64,000 nucleotides of DNA. Source: Gracilinanus agilis. Taxonomy: Eukaryota. Shown here piece after piece: positions 61,046 to 64,000 of the stretch (the first letter of the stretch is position 1; the number at the start of each line of letters is the position of its first letter). The stretch is from positions 422,999,208-423,063,207 of the forward strand of contig NC_058130.1 in the NCBI RefSeq assembly GCF_016433145.1. The letters run 5' to 3'. Position numbers and translations under genes: made by a program. The notes under the pieces are model-generated. The model did no database searches, was not told where the DNA came from, and was given only the letters and a program-made list of their open reading frames with translations.

Positions 61046-62525
61046 TTGATCTGACCTTGATGACATTTTCCATGCAACAACCATCTCGGAGCTCTTCTGA
61101 CCCGGACACGAGAATGTACAGCTCAAGAAGAAACTACCTGCGTGTCTGCTAATACATGTCAGGAAGAAAAGGATCAAGGCAAGGCCACAAATGATGAGCC
61201 AACAATTCCCACATTACAAGGACCAGTAGAGCTGCTGTGCCCTAGGAGTCACCTCTTCTTTGATGTTCACTCCACCTTATATCTGTGCATCATTTCAACC
61301 TAGATCAACCATCATTTTTACTCCCTGATGTTGCTCCGACATGTCAGGAAGACGACTAATGAGCCTTTATACTTAATCTCACCCTCAGACTGACCAAATG
61401 TGGACTTGCCACCCAAAGAAAATCGACCAGCCTTTCAGAATAGAAGCAAAGGGACCTGAGTAGAGCTGAAAAATCACTAGGGAAACAGAAGCATTTCTTT
61501 CTTGAAAAGATTAAGGGCATATAATTCACCCTTCAGGATTGCATGGGGCAAAAGCACTGCAAAACACAAAAATCACCACTTGGTCCCAGCTGGGGATGCT
61601 TTTGTCCCTGCAGCATCCATTTCCTAGCCCTTCTGCTTCTTTCAAATAAAGATGGGCTTAGGTTTTGGCAACAGACTTTTACATTTTGTTTTTAAAATGG
61701 TTTTGTTAGTAGTGTATCTAACTTGCAGCCAAACCACGGGCTAAATTCTGACTGAAGGAGTGGGTACCTAAAGTGTGCTTGCCATTGACTTAAGGGAGCA
61801 GAAATTAGCCCTAATTATGTATGTCTGTGCATATGTCTGTATGCCTCTCTGGGTGAGTGTTAAGAACTTTAAACCTTTTCTTTCTTTTCTAGCCAGTTGT
61901 ATGTAAATAGTGTAGGAGGTATGTTAGTAATTGCAGTCAACTCTTGATTGTCCACACCAGGCTAAGGAGGCCAAGTGGTTCAGATGTTTGAAGACCACCA
62001 GTACTCCATAAAGCCAGGCCAACGTGATGGGCCCCTTCCCTTGGCCAGTTTTCCTGCTAAGCCAAACTTCCAGTGCTATGCTTCCAACAGTTCATACCTG
62101 GAGAATCCCAAGTTGACTCTACTTGGTATTGTGCAATCCTGTCAAAGTAGGCAACCTGTAAGGAGTGAGCTGACCTCTGAACAAAAGCGAAAAAATGTGC
62201 AACCAGCTGGAAGCTTTTGTAAATAGTACTCTGGGGCCTCACTTTGAAAATCTCATAACTAGGAGAAGGTCTTGTCTTTTAAACATAGTAGCATCTTTAG
62301 CAAGGGTCCACAGAGGCAACGTGTATAGATAAAAATATATGGACCATTTTAGAAAACGATAATGATTTTAGTCATGGTTTTTAAAAAGTATTTTCAACCA
62401 CTTTTTCAGAGATTGAATATTTCATTATCTGTCAACTGTTGATAACAATTTACTTTTGTTATTTTGTTTCAATACAAGCTTGTTTAATACTTAAAAATAA
62501 ATAAATGGAACATTTTTCAACTGTT
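61046..62525 (+). other. PLEKHG4B: Candidate 3'UTR
   Basis: No recognisable transposon over about 1.5-2 kb in a repeat-dense locus; two TGTAAATA Pumilio elements (61902, 62218); U-rich distal part; tandem AATAAA. Confidence 0.5.
62496..62505 (+). terminator. Polyadenylation signal (overlapping AATAAA x2)
   Basis: AATAAATAAA at 62496-62505, U-rich upstream, CA at about 62518 and U/GU-rich sequence downstream; further AATAAA at 61645 and 62688. Confidence 0.55.
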
Positions 62526-64000
62526 TCACATTTCTTCACTGGTGCAAATGGAAATTACTTTCACCAGGACCTGTGTATATTAAAGAGTGAGCATGCTTTC
62601 TAGTTTCGTTTCTACTCATGAATTTATTGCACCTGACTTATATTTTCCCACAGAAAGAAATTTAGCAAAATGAATCTGTGAACTTGAAATAAACCAAGGC
62701 ACAAAACCCAAACATTAGGATGACTGATGGCTGACTTGCCCTGAACAATCTCTTCTTCATATTCCCTGGTTCTGGTTTAGATAACCCACATATGACGTAG
62801 GGGCAACAATTTCAGGGCCAGCTTCCCAAAGCGATGATTTTTTCTTTTTAAATCCTACCATGTGAATATCAGATATAAATATCTTCTAAAAAAAAAAAAC
62901 CTTCTTTGCCAGCTTGATGACCCTGCCAGTTATGAGTTTCTTCTTTTGACTTGGCGGTTTCTGTTCCCTTGTTATGATACAAATGCCCCTAGAGGAAATA
63001 ATTCATTAAGTCTTATGAGTCATTTATACTTAAATATGAAGTTTATCAGTCTGAGAATGGGTTTTCATAAGTGAGAATACAGAATAGAACATGAGAATAT
63101 TAAGTCCCTGAAGTGGGACAGCAACTCCACAAGGCAGAGGAAAGGGGCTCAAAAAAGTAGAGGAAGAAGAGAGAGTTCTTTCAATTTTACAGTCTTGTCT
63201 AGAGTTGGCCATGTCTAAGATCAGTTGATGGCATTTTGCCACTCCCTTTTAGTCTTTGCTCTCTCTATTTTAGTCTTAGTCTTAATCTTAGTCTTTGCTC
63301 TCTCTATTTTCTCTCTCCTTCCCTTCTATTCTCTTTCTTTTTCCTCTTCACCTTTCCTACAGAAGAAGAGGGGCAGGTAGATGGCTCAATGGATAGAGCA
63401 CTGGACTTGGAGTCAGGAAGACGTGTGTTCCAATTTCAAATTTTATCTCAGATACTTATTAACTAATTGTGTGACACTGGGGAATTTATTTAACCTCTGT
63501 TTGCCTTAATCCACTGGAGAAGAAAATGGCAAACCATACCAGTATCTTTGCCAAGAAAATTCTATGGACAGTATGTTCCATGGAGTGTTATGGATAAAAA
63601 GGGAGGTACACTAAGTTGGGGGTAATCTCCTTCCCTTGCTGAGTGATGGAGGGGTAAAAGGTGATTGAGGTAATAGGAGAGGAATGAAAGAGATGGCTGA
63701 GTTTAGGGAGGAATGGACAAGGCGATATTAGGATGGTAAGGGTACAGGGTGAGGTGTTCAGTAGAGGCAGCTGACACAGACTAGACACCCAGGCTAGAGA
63801 CAGAGGATACTGGGGTAATAGGCTGAACCCTTCCAGGCAGGAAAGGTACTTTTACAGACACAAGGAATAGGGTCAGTCAGAAGTGGTTTGAATCTGACTT
63901 GAGGGCTTTCTTGTCAGTTTCTCAAGTCCTCAAAGGAGGAATCACAAGGCTCCTCCCTGTCAGTGAAATTGAAGGGATTCAGGAGGAAGCATTGGGCAAC

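Larger units (their letters stand above)
9538..62520 (+). other. PLEKHG4B: PLEKHG4B gene body (3' portion; 5' exons not found in window; 3' end tentative)
   Basis: Spliced translation matches recalled human PLEKHG4B in diagnostic segments (IHSILLLVDKESAFRPDKD; [38 protein letters not shown]; PFKRPHSTISxSSTSSSSSQSS) better than it matches PLEKHG4. 16 exons with compatible phases, 3276 nt open. Confidence 0.92.

Noticed and set aside
61853-61892. GTGAGT donor and strong pyrimidine acceptor 40 nt apart in the candidate UTR
   Set aside because: Too short for a vertebrate intron; use of 61893 as the terminal acceptor (PVVCK*) cannot be excluded but has no supporting feature.
1-64000. CRISPR array, tRNA/rRNA genes, or a second protein-coding gene (e.g. 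neighbouring LRRC14B)
   Set aside because: None recognised; tRNA-like A/B boxes occur only as SINE heads, and no ORF resembles another gene.

Overview
Marsupial genomic DNA, probably a didelphid opossum (Monodelphis-like, judged from SINE1_Mdo-type, MAR1-type and L1_Mdo-type repeats). It contains the 3' part of one + strand gene, PLEKHG4B, a RhoGEF with SEC14/CRAL-TRIO-like, spectrin-like, DH and PH domains. I traced 16 GT-AG coding exons from 9538 to 49263. Their phases chain without a break (3276 nt, 1092 codons, no stop). The 5' exons were not found and probably lie upstream of the window. The C-terminus is unresolved and is the most interesting part. The last confident exon ends in a strong donor (...YITT|gtaagt). 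It can join either a candidate 62-nt stop-containing cassette exon at 52981-53042 (NKTSHVLGFSTVV*), which has downstream RBFOX/MBNL motifs, or a candidate terminal exon at 61040 (L*) followed by a transposon-free 3'UTR with Pumilio elements and AATAAA at 62496. Both endings would make class I PDZ-binding motifs. Introns are full of SINEs, L1, L2, CR1/L3, solo LTRs, three hAT MITEs and a 7SL retrocopy. There is one 138-nt N gap. No rRNA, tRNA, CRISPR or other prokaryotic system is present. Comparisons to human proteins and repeat consensi are from memory and need confirmation by alignment; repeat boundaries are approximate unless TSDs are quoted.
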